The notes under the pieces: generated by a model
The model's input: only the letters and a program-made list of their open reading frames with translations
Databases searched by the model: none
Told to the model about the DNA's origin: nothing
Translations under genes and position numbers: made by a program
DNA from: an uncultured bacterium
GTDB lineage: Bacteria > Acidobacteriota > HRBIN11 > JAKEFK01
Direction: 5' to 3'
DNA length: 64,000 nt
Assembly (NCBI GenBank): GCA_963777505.1
Contig: CAVZQN010000003.1
Span: 96,001-160,000, forward strand
Shown here: in pieces, positions 9,989-19,776 of the stretch
How positions within the stretch are numbered: the stretch's first letter is position 1
Layout: the number at the start of each line of letters is the position of its first letter

Positions 9989-11671
9989 TTGAAGCTTTTA
10001 CATTATTGCTTAGCTATACTCCTCGTACTCCTTTTTGGAACTCATTTCACATCTCTTTCTAAAGAACCATCCGGTAAAGTTTGGATCTTCTTCAAAGAAA
10101 AACCGGATTGGAAGCTGAAGACCGCGAAGTCTTCTTCGGTTTTGCAATATACAGATGCTGCATTGAAGCGACGGCTGTCGCGAGGGATTCCTACTCTGGA
10201 AGAATCAGATTTTCCAGTGGACGCTTCTTACATCAATTTGGTTCGAAGTTCAGGCGCGGCAATACGAATGGAATCACGATGGCTGAACGCAGTCAGCGCA
10301 TTTTGCAACGCAGATTGTATTTCAAGAGTACGCTCACTTTCATTTGTTCGATCGATTGAACCCGTCCGGACTTACTATCGTCCAATCGAAACAGTAGAAC
10401 GAGTTTCGATAACGCCTCAACTGACACCTCAGTCGCCTGATGCACTTTCGTATGGATCTTCGCGCGATCAGCTTGTTCAAATCAAAGTTCCACTTGCTCA
10501 CAATCGCGGCTTTACTGGTAAAGGTGAAATTGTTGCTGTATTTGATACCGGCTTTCGTAAGGATCATGTAGTCTTCAGAAATCATAGAGTTATCGCGGAA
10601 CGTGATTTTGTTTTTGGTGACAATAATGTGACGAATGGCGGCGAATTCGATTCGCATGGAACGTCAACGTGGTCTTGTGTCGGCGGCGAATTAACAGGAA
10701 GTTATTATGGCCCCGCATATCAAGCGGATGTTTTGCTCGCGGCTACAGAAGATATCAGATCGGAAACTCAGGTTGAGGAAGATAACTGGGTTGCTGCTAT
10801 GGAATGGGCCGATCGGAACGGCGCAAGTGTCATTAGCAGTTCGCTTGGTTACAGCGATTGGTATTCATCTTCGGATTATGATGGCCAAACGCCGGTTACT
10901 TCACGCGCAGCGAGTACAGCATTCAGAAAGGGAATTGTTGTTGTCACGTCTGCTGGAAATGCAGGACCATTTTCGCCGAGTTTAGGTGCGCCTGCTGATG
11001 CATTTAATATTCTTGCTGTCGGTTCTGTAACTGCGCAAGGAGACATTTCAAGTTTCAGTTCACGCGGACCAACTGCAGATGGACGGATCAAACCGGAAGT
11101 TGTTGCACGCGGATCTTTAACATATGTAGCCAGCAGTTTTGGAAGCAGAACATTCGGTCGCTCGAGCGGTACATCATTCGCATGTCCGTTAGTTGCAGGA
11201 AGCGCTGCAGTTTTACTTTCGGCGCGTCCTGATTGGACTCCTTTGCAAGTCAGAGAAGCTTTGATGATGACTGCAAATCATGCATCGAATCCCGATAATA
11301 CTTTCGGCTGGGGAATCTTGAATCTCAACAAGGCAATCGATTTCCTTCCTGCAAAATCTGTTGTCATCGATCACAAGCCATTGAAAGATATGAACCAAAC
11401 TCCTGCGCCATACAGGGTTCTTGCAAAAATTCGCGCTCAACGCGGCCTGAATCCCACGCAGTCAGTACTATTTTGGAGAATTCAGGGAGGCTCTTTCACA
11501 AAAGTTGTTTTTCAGCCAGCTTCTGGAACAACAGATCGATTTCAAGCCTTGATTCCACCTCAACAAGTAGGAACGACAATCGAATATTTTCTTGCCGCAA
11601 AAGATACTGCTGGTAAACAAACACGTTTTCCTTTTCCTGCGCCAAACGTAGTCCGGTTCACAATACGCTGA
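9989..11671 (+). CDS. Secreted S8 subtilisin-family serine peptidase
   Basis: FDTG, HGT, SAGN and GTSF catalytic motifs; prodomain; C-terminal beta domain. Confidence 0.92.
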   Translation: MKLLHYCLAILLVLLFGTHFTSLSKEPSGKVWIFFKEKPDWKLKTAKSSSVLQYTDAALKRRLSRGIPTLEESDFPVDASYINLVRSSGAAIRMESRWLNAVSAFCNADCISRVRSLSFVRSIEPVRTYYRPIETVERVSITPQLTPQSPDALSYGSSRDQLVQIKVPLAHNRGFTGKGEIVAVFDTGFRKDHVVFRNHRVIAERDFVFGDNNVTNGGEFDSHGTSTWSCVGGELTGSYYGPAYQADVLLAATEDIRSETQVEEDNWVAAMEWADRNGASVISSSLGYSDWYSSSDYDGQTPVTSRAASTAFRKGIVVVTSAGNAGPFSPSLGAPADAFNILAVGSVTAQGDISSFSSRGPTADGRIKPEVVARGSLTYVASSFGSRTFGRSSGTSFACPLVAGSAAVLLSARPDWTPLQVREALMMTANHASNPDNTFGWGILNLNKAIDFLPAKSVVIDHKPLKDMNQTPAPYRVLAKIRAQRGLNPTQSVLFWRIQGGSFTKVVFQPASGTTDRFQALIPPQQVGTTIEYFLAAKDTAGKQTRFPFPAPNVVRFTIR

Positions 11672-11682
11672 CAGTCTGGCGC

Positions 11683-12945
11683 ATGCCCTTCAGAAAATTT
11701 CTAATCCTCTTTCTCGTTCTGACAATCACAACTTGCAAGCAGCCATCGGTGTCGCCAGTTCTGCCACGAGCCAACGCTCAAGATGTTGGTTTGTCTTCTG
11801 AGCGTCTCAACAGAGTTCAGCGGTATGTGAACCGTCATATCAATGAAAGAAAGCTTCCAGGTGCCGTAACCCTGATAATGCGAAAAGGGAAGATTGCTCA
11901 TTTTCAGGCCGTTGGCAAGATGGATGAAAGCAAGCCGATGCGTGAAGATACTATTTTCCGGATTGCTTCTATGACAAAACCGATCACGAGTGTAGCCATC
12001 ATGATGCTTTCAGAACAAGGAAAACTTTCGATTGAGGAGCCGGTTTCAAAATATATTTCGGAATTCAAAGATATTCAGGTCGGCGTGCGTGGAAATGACA
12101 ATTCATTGAAATTTGTTCCAACAAAAAGTCCGATCACCATTCGTCATTTGCTCACTCATACTTCAGGAATTACTTATCGTTTTGCAGATATGGAACCCTG
12201 GTCAACGTTGTACAAGGCCGCCGGCATTTCCGATGGATTGTCGCAAACAGACGGCACGATTCGTGATGAAGTGATGAAGCTGGCGAAGTTGCCATTGATG
12301 CATCAACCGGGAGAAACGTTCACGTATGGTCTTTCAACGGATGTTCTTGGGTATTTAGTTGAGGTTGTTTCAAAAATGACTCTTGATGAATTCTTTCGAC
12401 AGTCTATTTTTGAACCCCTAAAGATGAACGATACATATTTTTATTTGCCTACTGAAAAACGATCACGCGTTGCAGCTGTTTACAGTCAGTCTCCTGACGG
12501 AAACATTCAAAAGATGGGTGACGATCCTGTGGAAGAAGGGAATCTTGAATATTCGGCATCGTATCAATACAAAGGACCTAAAACTTACTATTCCGGTGGT
12601 GTAGGGCTCGTATCGACAGCAACTGATTATGCACGGTTTCTTCAGATGATGCTTAATGGAGGCGAACTCGATGGAGTCCGAATCTTAAGTCAAAAAACGA
12701 TTGAACAGATGACCGCAAACCAAGTATCTGCATTGCAGGGTACTCGATATGGTTTCGGTTTAGGTTTTGGCTTATTTCATGATCATTCCTCGACCCAATA
12801 TAGTTGGTCAGGATTTTTTCATACTACATTTTTTGTTGATCCTCAGGAAAAATTGATCGGGATATTTCTCTCTCAAATGTTTCCATCTGACGAACGGCTT
12901 CATGACAGGTTTCGAGTTCTGGTATTGGAATCCATCAGCGATTGA
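11683..12945 (+). CDS. Serine hydrolase (beta-lactamase class C / AmpC-like), probable lipoprotein
   Basis: FRIASMTK (SxxK), LLTHTSG, PGETFTYG. Confidence 0.9.
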   Translation: MPFRKFLILFLVLTITTCKQPSVSPVLPRANAQDVGLSSERLNRVQRYVNRHINERKLPGAVTLIMRKGKIAHFQAVGKMDESKPMREDTIFRIASMTKPITSVAIMMLSEQGKLSIEEPVSKYISEFKDIQVGVRGNDNSLKFVPTKSPITIRHLLTHTSGITYRFADMEPWSTLYKAAGISDGLSQTDGTIRDEVMKLAKLPLMHQPGETFTYGLSTDVLGYLVEVVSKMTLDEFFRQSIFEPLKMNDTYFYLPTEKRSRVAAVYSQSPDGNIQKMGDDPVEEGNLEYSASYQYKGPKTYYSGGVGLVSTATDYARFLQMMLNGGELDGVRILSQKTIEQMTANQVSALQGTRYGFGLGFGLFHDHSSTQYSWSGFFHTTFFVDPQEKLIGIFLSQMFPSDERLHDRFRVLVLESISD

Positions 12946-13824
12946 TTAAGAAGGCTTCAAGAATTCTTCAACCTCAACAAGCTGGAATTGAGGCGAACAT
13001 TGCGCAGCATGACGCAAAATAGGCAAGTGCCCCGCTCCAATTAAGACCAGAATTCGATCGTTTGGTGATTGAGCCATTCTTGCTAAGTTCGCAAAAATTC
13101 GAAGATTCCGGTTATACCACCACCCGGTCACAGAATCGACACCCGGATACTGATCTTCTTTTCCGACTTCAAATTCTCCAATGAGATAGTGACCATGACC
13201 GATTCGGATCCGTTCTTCGGAGTTTATATAATGAAGATGTTCCCAGAGCTTCTGTTTTGTTTTTAGTTCATCATCGTGTTGATAGAGAGCTTCAAATCGT
13301 TTATTCCACGGACTTTCAAGTAGTTGTTGTTGACTATTTTGTTCTGCAAATGTTTTAACATCTGGCTCAGGATCGTAGGCACGACCTTTTACATCGATCG
13401 CCTCCACACTTTTCAAGCCGTTCGACTTTGCGAGTCTGAATCCGAGTTGATAAATTTCATTGGATGGAAGCGTATATTCGCCTTTCAAATAATTTGAATA
13501 TCGTTCGTTGATCAAGTCTTTCTTTTCTTTTGGGACTTCGAGTCCAATTTTTGTTGGACGGAATTTTGAGAGTCTTGAAACAACCTCTTCAACTTCACGT
13601 TGTCTTTCAGGTGAAAGGATATCGATGTCGAATTTTGGCTTGTATCCATCCAGTCCCGCATCTTTGAAATGAAATGAACCAAGCAAAAGGAGTTTTGTCC
13701 TTGTCTGTGGATCTCCTAAAAAAGTCTTTTCGGGATCGAGTTTATTCGTCTGAGTACTGGACATTCCAGCTACGAAAAATGCGAGACAACAGACCAGGGT
13801 TACGTATATCCATGAAATTCGCAT
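12946..13824 (-). CDS. Secreted DUF5694-like protein
   Basis: LLGSFHF, NEIYQLGFRLA, WYNRNLRIF and GAGH motifs; SD AGGAGG. Confidence 0.7.
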   Translation of the reverse strand: MRISWIYVTLVCCLAFFVAGMSSTQTNKLDPEKTFLGDPQTRTKLLLLGSFHFKDAGLDGYKPKFDIDILSPERQREVEEVVSRLSKFRPTKIGLEVPKEKKDLINERYSNYLKGEYTLPSNEIYQLGFRLAKSNGLKSVEAIDVKGRAYDPEPDVKTFAEQNSQQQLLESPWNKRFEALYQHDDELKTKQKLWEHLHYINSEERIRIGHGHYLIGEFEVGKEDQYPGVDSVTGWWYNRNLRIFANLARMAQSPNDRILVLIGAGHLPILRHAAQCSPQFQLVEVEEFLKPS

Positions 13825-13887
13825 GAGTCCTCCTTTTCTCTTCTGTTTGACCCTGATTGTGTGAAGCCAGTTGGGGCAGTGTTATAC

Positions 13888-13916
13888 TTGACAACCTTTG
13901 ACGGAATTAATACATT
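13888..13916 (+). promoter_or_regulatory. sigma70 promoter of the tRNA-Ile/tRNA-Ala unit
   Basis: TTGACA-17 nt-TACATT, ending 30 nt before tRNA-Ile. Confidence 0.8.
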
Positions 13917-13946
13917 GGTTACTCGCCAAAACAGCAATTTTCCGAT

Positions 13947-14020
13947 GGGCCTATAGCTCAGTTGGCTAGAGCGCACGCCTGATAAGCGTGAGGTCAATGG
14001 TTCAACTCCATTTAGGCCCA
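13947..14020 (+). tRNA. tRNA-Ile (GAT), CCA not encoded
   Basis: GGGCCTA/TAGGCCC acceptor stem, D-arm AGCTCAGTTGG, anticodon GAT at 13981-13983, TTCAA T-loop. Confidence 0.97.
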
Positions 14021-14033
14021 CTCTTTGGATTTC

Positions 14034-14105
14034 AGATTTCAGATGTGAGATTTCAGATTGAAAGCGCTCTTCAATCTAAAATCTGAAATCTCACATCTGA
14101 AATCT
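14034..14105. repeat. Heptamer-periodic inverted repeat in the tRNA spacer
   Basis: 26-bp perfect arms AGATTTCAGATGTGAGATTTCAGATT at 14034-14059 and 14080-14105. Confidence 0.9.
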
Positions 14106-14109
14106 CGAT

Positions 14110-14182
14110 GGGGATATAGCTCAGTTGGGAGAGCGCCTGCTTTGCACGCAGGAGGTCAGGGGTTCGAATCCCCTTATCTCCA
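14110..14182 (+). tRNA. tRNA-Ala (TGC), CCA not encoded
   Basis: GGGGATA/TATCTCC stem with G3:U70, anticodon TGC at 14143-14145, GGTTCGAATCC. Confidence 0.97.
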
Positions 14183-14189
14183 CTTCAAC

Positions 14190-14222
14190 TCAACCGCCAA
14201 GACGCCAAGGCGGTTGATCTTT
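14190..14222 (+). terminator. REP-derived hairpin, likely terminator of the tRNA unit
   Basis: TCAACCGCC...GGCGGTTGA followed by TCTTT. Confidence 0.55.
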
Positions 14223-14225
14223 AGC

Positions 14226-15226
14226 TTAAGTTTCCTTCCACAAGCCGCGTTTTTTCATAGCTTCTTTATACTGAAGAACTGTTTTTGCTTGTTCGCTATT
14301 CGGATGCTTTTGCAAAAATTCTTTAATGATAGGCGTCGCTTTTTGGTATTCCCCCAAACGTATATAGGCTTGAGCTAGACCTTTCAGAACCGAGGCGCGG
14401 TAAAAAGCTTGGGAAATTTCTGTACAAGGGTTCCCACCTTTCAACTATCATCAAGAGCTCATCACGAAAAGACTCTGTTGAACCCAATTCACCAGATTCC
14501 ATCCTTTTAAGATAATCTTTGTATAAGAAATCCTCTTCAATTGTTGAATTATTCATTCCCAAAAATGAGGACCATACGTTTCCAGATTTCCATAACACCC
14601 AGGCAGCATACGTCGATTTCGGATAATCTCTGAGAATCTCATCCGCTCTTAGTTTGAGGAACCAGGATAACTTCTCCGCTGAAGTAGCCTCTTGAGGTGT
14701 TGGATTCAGGTTCAGCATTACATTCTGATCAACTCCTTCAGGATTCTTTACAACAACCACTACCTCATTGGATTGAATTTCGCCAAGCCAAATTCCGTCG
14801 ACAGGGCGAATATCGTCTTCTGAATAACGATCAAGATAAGGGCCTGTAGAATGATATTCTGCAACAATACGAAATCGACCGGCTGGAAGGTAGATTTCAT
14901 CGCCAGTTACAGCAACGCCTTCGTATACTGTCTTTGCTTCAGAATCCAATGGATTTTCCTGAACCTGAAAATTTCGGCACATTTCTTGTTCGATATCTAT
15001 TGTGGTTTCAGATTCGTCTTTTGCCAAAATCGTAGTATGTTCACTGCAAAACCCAAATTGTTTATGCAAGACAAAAGGTCCCTCGGATTCTAATTTCATC
15101 GTTAATTTAAGTGGCACTCCCAAGATGACTTCTGTAGGTTCCACTTCCAAGGTGTAATGAAATGTTCTGTGCAATACAAAGCGCAGGAATCAACAATAAA
15201 AGCAAAAACCCAAGTGTGATTCTCAA
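14226..15226 (-). CDS. Secreted protein with TPR-like C-terminus, split by two +1 frameshifts (near 15166 and 14403)
   Basis: TTG start with SD gives signal peptide MRITLGFLLLLLIPALCIAQ; joins ORF 14323..15174, then FYRASVLKGLAQAYIRLGEYQKA (TPR-like). Confidence 0.65.
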
Positions 15227-15263
15227 AATCCTTCCTTGGCGACATGGCGTCTTGGCGGTTGAG

Positions 15264-16994
15264 CTAATCGCATGACTTCAATTTCAATCTGCATTGGAAG
15301 GCTTTTTCCCGTTGCGGGTCTTTTTGTTGGTGAAAATAAAAACGTTTCAACAGTCTGTAATCCTTCCTGACTCTTTCATCCGAAAAGTCATTCATATTCT
15401 GAATGTATTGATCTAACACGGGCAGAAAATCAACGAAGTTCGCGCCACGCTTTTTCAATTCTTCCATCAACGCGGTATCCCAAAAAAGAATTCGACCACG
15501 AACTCCATCGAATCCGATCGGATAAGGGGGAATATTTTGATTTAAGTTCAGCGCTTTTTCAGCGAGTTCTCCAAACATGAAATGTACTCTTCTCTGGTTG
15601 ACCAGATAATCAAACGGCGGCTTTTTTTCGTGCCCGATTCGGGTGCGCACATAAATCGGCTGACGAGCAATAAAGTAATCGGTTAATCCTGTTTCAGATT
15701 CAATGGCTGTTATGTCAGCCATGTAATACATTGTCCGGGCTTCACCACCCAGATATCCCACCTTTACTGGTAACCCGTTGAAATATTTGTTAAGAACCTG
15801 TGCATCGGACGAAGATTTCTTTTTGTAATTCGGCAGCAAAAACTCATAATAAAACCACTCATTCATAATTCCATTAACTGCGAGAATTCCGATTGGACGA
15901 TTCGCCTGATATACATAACCGATTGTCATGATTCCGATGAGTATATGAGCGAGCCTTACACGTTTTATCAAAAGAGGTAGAAACGCCATTTCCAGTGCAA
16001 TTGCAAGAAATGGTGTGAGTGGAATCAAAAGCCGGGCATACATAAAATCCCCGCCAACGCGCATCACATAAAAAATGTAAATCAAACAGAAGGCCGTACA
16101 GATCAATGTCTCGGCAAAGACCCGTTTTTTCGAGAGTTCTGCGGGAAATATTTTTCGTGTGATTAAAACAACAAAGAAGGGAAGTATCAAAGCGGCTGCT
16201 AAAACCCAATACTTCTGAAAATAAAGCGAAACATACAAAAATCCTTGAGAATACCAGGTCAAATTCCCTGATTTTGCATAAAAAGTATTCGGAAAAATAT
16301 CACCATAATAGTTAAGGCGCCAGAGCAGAAAAAGACCGCAAGGAATAGAATAAGCAGCTCCGTAATAGATTAAACGGCGAAAATTATATCTTCGTAACAC
16401 GAGCATTGTTAAAAAACATACCCCAAAGAAAAGGACTGCATCCTGTCTTGTTAGTGTTGCCATTGCAGCAAATAAGCCGGCAAGTACCGGCGAATCATTT
16501 TTTCGAAACAGCAATAAGAATGAACAAATCAACAAAAATGTAAGAATTGAGTTTTCTAATCCGCTTGTTGCATAGATTTGCCAGTCCGGATGAAGTGCGC
16601 CAATCGTCACAGCGATTGGTACAAATTTCGTGCCTATCTCTTTTTGAATTTCTAGATCGTGAAGGAGAAGTAGGATTAAGCTTCCGGCATAAAAAACAAT
16701 CCCCCAGACAAGTGCCCACGTTTCAGCTTTAATATTTAACCAGAGCCCTAAAGCTGACCAGATGGTCCAGAGAAAATTTGTGTAGCCTTCTACTCTTTCT
16801 CCAACATTAAAGACAAGCCCATTTCCCTGAACGAGATTATGGGCATATCGAAAGGTTATGAATGCGTCATCACAGAGCCAGGAGTAGGCAATGGCGCTAA
16901 AAATGCCAAAGAGGATCGCACCAGCAGGAATTAGAATGAACAGGTTTATCTTCTTTCGTGAATCCAAATTGTTCGAACCCAAAGCTCCCATCAA
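15264..16994 (-). CDS. GT-C fold membrane glycosyltransferase-like protein
   Basis: DDAFITFRYAHNL...GERVEGYTNFLW, SGLE, FPNTFYAK and GGDFM motifs; many TM helices. Confidence 0.75.
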   Translation of the reverse strand: MMGALGSNNLDSRKKINLFILIPAGAILFGIFSAIAYSWLCDDAFITFRYAHNLVQGNGLVFNVGERVEGYTNFLWTIWSALGLWLNIKAETWALVWGIVFYAGSLILLLLHDLEIQKEIGTKFVPIAVTIGALHPDWQIYATSGLENSILTFLLICSFLLLFRKNDSPVLAGLFAAMATLTRQDAVLFFGVCFLTMLVLRRYNFRRLIYYGAAYSIPCGLFLLWRLNYYGDIFPNTFYAKSGNLTWYSQGFLYVSLYFQKYWVLAAALILPFFVVLITRKIFPAELSKKRVFAETLICTAFCLIYIFYVMRVGGDFMYARLLIPLTPFLAIALEMAFLPLLIKRVRLAHILIGIMTIGYVYQANRPIGILAVNGIMNEWFYYEFLLPNYKKKSSSDAQVLNKYFNGLPVKVGYLGGEARTMYYMADITAIESETGLTDYFIARQPIYVRTRIGHEKKPPFDYLVNQRRVHFMFGELAEKALNLNQNIPPYPIGFDGVRGRILFWDTALMEELKKRGANFVDFLPVLDQYIQNMNDFSDERVRKDYRLLKRFYFHQQKDPQREKAFQCRLKLKSCD

Positions 16995-17032
16995 GGTGCA
17001 GCCAATATTCTATAACAGTGGGTCGCGGTTTC

Positions 17033-17212
17033 TCATCGGGTAAGGGCTTCGCTGAGTTGCCGGGCTTCGTTTGGATCCAGAAAATATTCGACCGCAGTAA
17101 CTGCACCTAATTTTTTTACTGTGATCACCAGGCGATAGCGCCCATCTTCCGTTTTCTCTAACTGTAGAGCTTTTGGTTCACGGAAAGTTTCATAGATCAT
17201 TTCTGTTTTCAT
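17033..17212 (-). CDS. Small 59-aa hypothetical protein (below the ORF-track cutoff)
   Basis: MKTEMIYETFREPKALQLEKTEDGRYRLVITVKKLGAVTAVEYFLDPNEARQLSEALTR; fills the gap; -10-like TATGAT 6 nt before ATG. Confidence 0.65.
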   Translation of the reverse strand: MKTEMIYETFREPKALQLEKTEDGRYRLVITVKKLGAVTAVEYFLDPNEARQLSEALTR

Positions 17213-17230
17213 TTCTTTATCATATATAGC

Positions 17231-17749
17231 ATGTGGAGTTCTGTAACCATTCCAGGCATCCCACGAATATTATTGGCGGATCTTACCGAAGATTCTCAAG
17301 GATGGGAGTTCACTTTCACAAATCGACTCTGTTTAGCTTTAAGAAAGAGTGGGTTGGATATTGAAAGGCTAGAAAAGGTTGGAGAGCTTCAACAGTCCGA
17401 TTTCAACTGTCTGCTTGTATTGGCTCATTCACATTCAAATTTTCTGGATACGCTTCGTTCGCAACAGTTGCCTCCATATTTACTTGCGATTTGTGGCACT
17501 GATGACTTCTCTCCACAACTAAGCGAATCTGTTTTGAAATCGACTCCAGCAATTACACCTCTTGCGATTGCACCGTTGTCCCCGGTGACTCCGCGTGAAG
17601 CAGGACTCTTCTATCTCAAGTTTTTTACTGAACTAAAATTGCATTCTAAAGATGACATCAGCGGCAAAATGGTTTGGTTTTCTTTCTCAAAAGCTAAAGA
17701 ACTTTTGAAAAGACGGAGGTACACTGGGAAATATGGAGCGCGCTGTTAA
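17231..17749 (+). CDS. Hypothetical protein (alpha/beta)
   Basis: 172-aa ORF with no better overlapping ORF; no recognisable motif. Confidence 0.65.
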   Translation: MWSSVTIPGIPRILLADLTEDSQGWEFTFTNRLCLALRKSGLDIERLEKVGELQQSDFNCLLVLAHSHSNFLDTLRSQQLPPYLLAICGTDDFSPQLSESVLKSTPAITPLAIAPLSPVTPREAGLFYLKFFTELKLHSKDDISGKMVWFSFSKAKELLKRRRYTGKYGARC

Positions 17750-17759
17750 TTCAAACTGA

Positions 17760-17808
17760 TGCGGAGGAAGTCCGCGGTCCCCTATGCAGGCTGGAAGCCT
17801 GCGGTCCC
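17760..17808. repeat. Partial composite REP (GCGGA/TCCGC and GCAGGC/GCCTGC hairpins)
   Basis: Same hairpins as 3769-3871, between convergent genes. Confidence 0.7.
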
Positions 17809-17929
17809 TTAGGTGGATTTTTTAACGGCATCGAGTGCCATTTGGGCTTCTTTCAACGATGGATCCATTTGAATGGCTCGTTCCAGGTCTTTTTAGCCTT
17901 TTGTATTGCCCCATAGTAGTCTCCTTTTC

Positions 17930-19576
17930 TTAAACGAGAAAAGCTTTTACTTTTGGCGCGTTCGAACCGTTGTTGGCGATCTTAACACTCGGAAGGAATT
18001 CCGGAGGACGGCGAACTTTCGTCGCCTGCTCAAAAGCATACGCAAGCTTGATCAAAGTTGGTTCACTGTAGGCTTGAGCAAAAAAGGAAATTCCGATCGG
18101 CAATCCTGAAACATAACCTGCAGGAACTGTGATGTGCGGATAGCCGGATACTGCAGATGCTGATGAATATCCGCCAATAAAGTGATCGCCATTTACATAA
18201 TCTGTAAGCCAGGCCGGACTTCCAGTTGGAGCAATCAGCGCATCGAGTTTATGCGTTTGGATCGTTAGATCGATTCCTTTCTCGCGCGCAAGCTCTTTGT
18301 TCTTCTTGACTGCATCCAGATATTCTTTGCTTGTGAGTGGCCCTTTCGCTTCGGATTTAATAAAAATATCTTGACCAAAGAAAGGCATTTCCTTGTCTCG
18401 ATTTTTTTCGTTGAAATCTATAGCTTCTTTCAGCGAATGAATCAGCGCTTCCGGGCCAAGATTTCCTAAATATGCATTCAGATTCGCTTTGAACTCGTAC
18501 AAAAGTACTTCAAGTTCTGTTTCATAAAAGTCACCAGGAATGTTCATATCCGCGGGGTCAACAATCACTGCGCCACGTTCTTTCATGACTTTGATCATGT
18601 CAGTCATCAGTTGATCGACATGTTCATTGAAGCCGAATGTTTTTCTGTTTACGCCAATTCGTGCGCCACGCAATCCGTCTTTATCTAGAAATTTCGTATA
18701 GTCCGAATGCATTTTGCCCTGGCTTTCATTCGTGATTTTATCGCGCGGATCGATTCCGGTTAGAGCCCCCAGAAGTATTGCAGCATCTGTGACGTTTCGT
18801 GTCATTGGGCCTGCGGTGTCTTGAGTATGCGCAATCGGAATGATTCCGGCGCGGCTCACTAAACCGAGTGTGGGTTTGATTCCAACAAGTGAGCAGTGCG
18901 TTGAAGGACAAACGATAGAGCCATCTGTTTCAGTTCCAATTGATCCGGCACACAGATTCGCTGCAGTAGCTGCTCCCGAACCGGAACTCGAACCGCAAGG
19001 ATTCCGATCCAAAGCATATGGATTTTTCGTTTGACCACCGCGTCCACTCCAGCCGCTGGTGGAACGGCTTGATCGAAAGTTGGCCCATTCACTCAAGTTC
19101 GTTTTGCCAAGAATGATGGCTCCAGCTTTTCGCAATCTTTCCGCAACAAATGCATCCTGCGCAGGTTTGGATCCAACTAACGCAAGTGAACCAGCAGTTG
19201 TCATCATCCGGTCTGCGGTGTCGATGTTGTCTTTGATCAAAATCGGAATGCCGTGAAGCGGACTTCGTGGTCCTTTTTCTTTCAGTTCGCGATCAAGAGC
19301 TTCAGCAATGTCCATCGCTTCCGGATTGATTTCAATAACAGAATTGATTGTGGGACCATGTTTATCAACCTGATCAATTCTTTTGATATACGCTTCAGTA
19401 AGCAATCGTGATGTGATCTTTCCGGATTTGAAACTACTTTGCAATTCAAGAATCGTTGCGTTTTCAAATTCAGATAAATCCAGTTCCGCAGTGAATGAAA
19501 AACTATTGAAGATGGGATGTGCAATTGATACGGCGCAAGCTGTTGCAGCCGTTTTCAAGAAATCTCTGCGCTTCAT
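17930..19576 (-). CDS. Tat-exported amidase (amidase signature family)
   Basis: MKRRDFLK Tat motif after SD GGAGG; KDN, GSSSGS and GTETDGSI motifs. Confidence 0.92.
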   Translation of the reverse strand: MKRRDFLKTAATACAVSIAHPIFNSFSFTAELDLSEFENATILELQSSFKSGKITSRLLTEAYIKRIDQVDKHGPTINSVIEINPEAMDIAEALDRELKEKGPRSPLHGIPILIKDNIDTADRMMTTAGSLALVGSKPAQDAFVAERLRKAGAIILGKTNLSEWANFRSSRSTSGWSGRGGQTKNPYALDRNPCGSSSGSGAATAANLCAGSIGTETDGSIVCPSTHCSLVGIKPTLGLVSRAGIIPIAHTQDTAGPMTRNVTDAAILLGALTGIDPRDKITNESQGKMHSDYTKFLDKDGLRGARIGVNRKTFGFNEHVDQLMTDMIKVMKERGAVIVDPADMNIPGDFYETELEVLLYEFKANLNAYLGNLGPEALIHSLKEAIDFNEKNRDKEMPFFGQDIFIKSEAKGPLTSKEYLDAVKKNKELAREKGIDLTIQTHKLDALIAPTGSPAWLTDYVNGDHFIGGYSSASAVSGYPHITVPAGYVSGLPIGISFFAQAYSEPTLIKLAYAFEQATKVRRPPEFLPSVKIANNGSNAPKVKAFLV

Positions 19577-19600
19577 CAAAGACCTCCTGTCTGTTTTTAG

Positions 19601-19685
19601 TAGCTCAACCGCCAAGACGCAAAGACGCCAAGAATTAAATCAAAAAAATATAACTTGGCGCCTTGGCGTCTTGGCGGTTGAGCTA
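19601..19685. repeat. Short-period REP-like inverted repeat (TCAACCGCCAAGACGC family)
   Basis: 32-bp arms at 19601-19632 and 19654-19685 with 2 mismatches; single arms at 5381, 14190 and 15236. Confidence 0.88.
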
Positions 19686-19776
19686 AAACAGGATGCTACT
19701 TTGCAAATGCGCAGAAGTCAAAGGATTACCACAAAGGCACAAAGATAACTTCGTGCCTTTGCGGTTAAAGACAGTC

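Noticed and set aside
11683-12945. Antibiotic-resistance beta-lactamase call
   Set aside because: Motifs fit the broad serine hydrolase/esterase family; nothing specific for true AmpC.
13800-14378. ORFs 13800..14021 (-) and 14058..14378 (+)
   Set aside because: Shadow translations of the tRNA genes and repeats.
14182-17000. Genomic island or prophage integrated at tRNA-Ala
   Set aside because: No integrase and no duplicated tRNA 3' end seen in the window.
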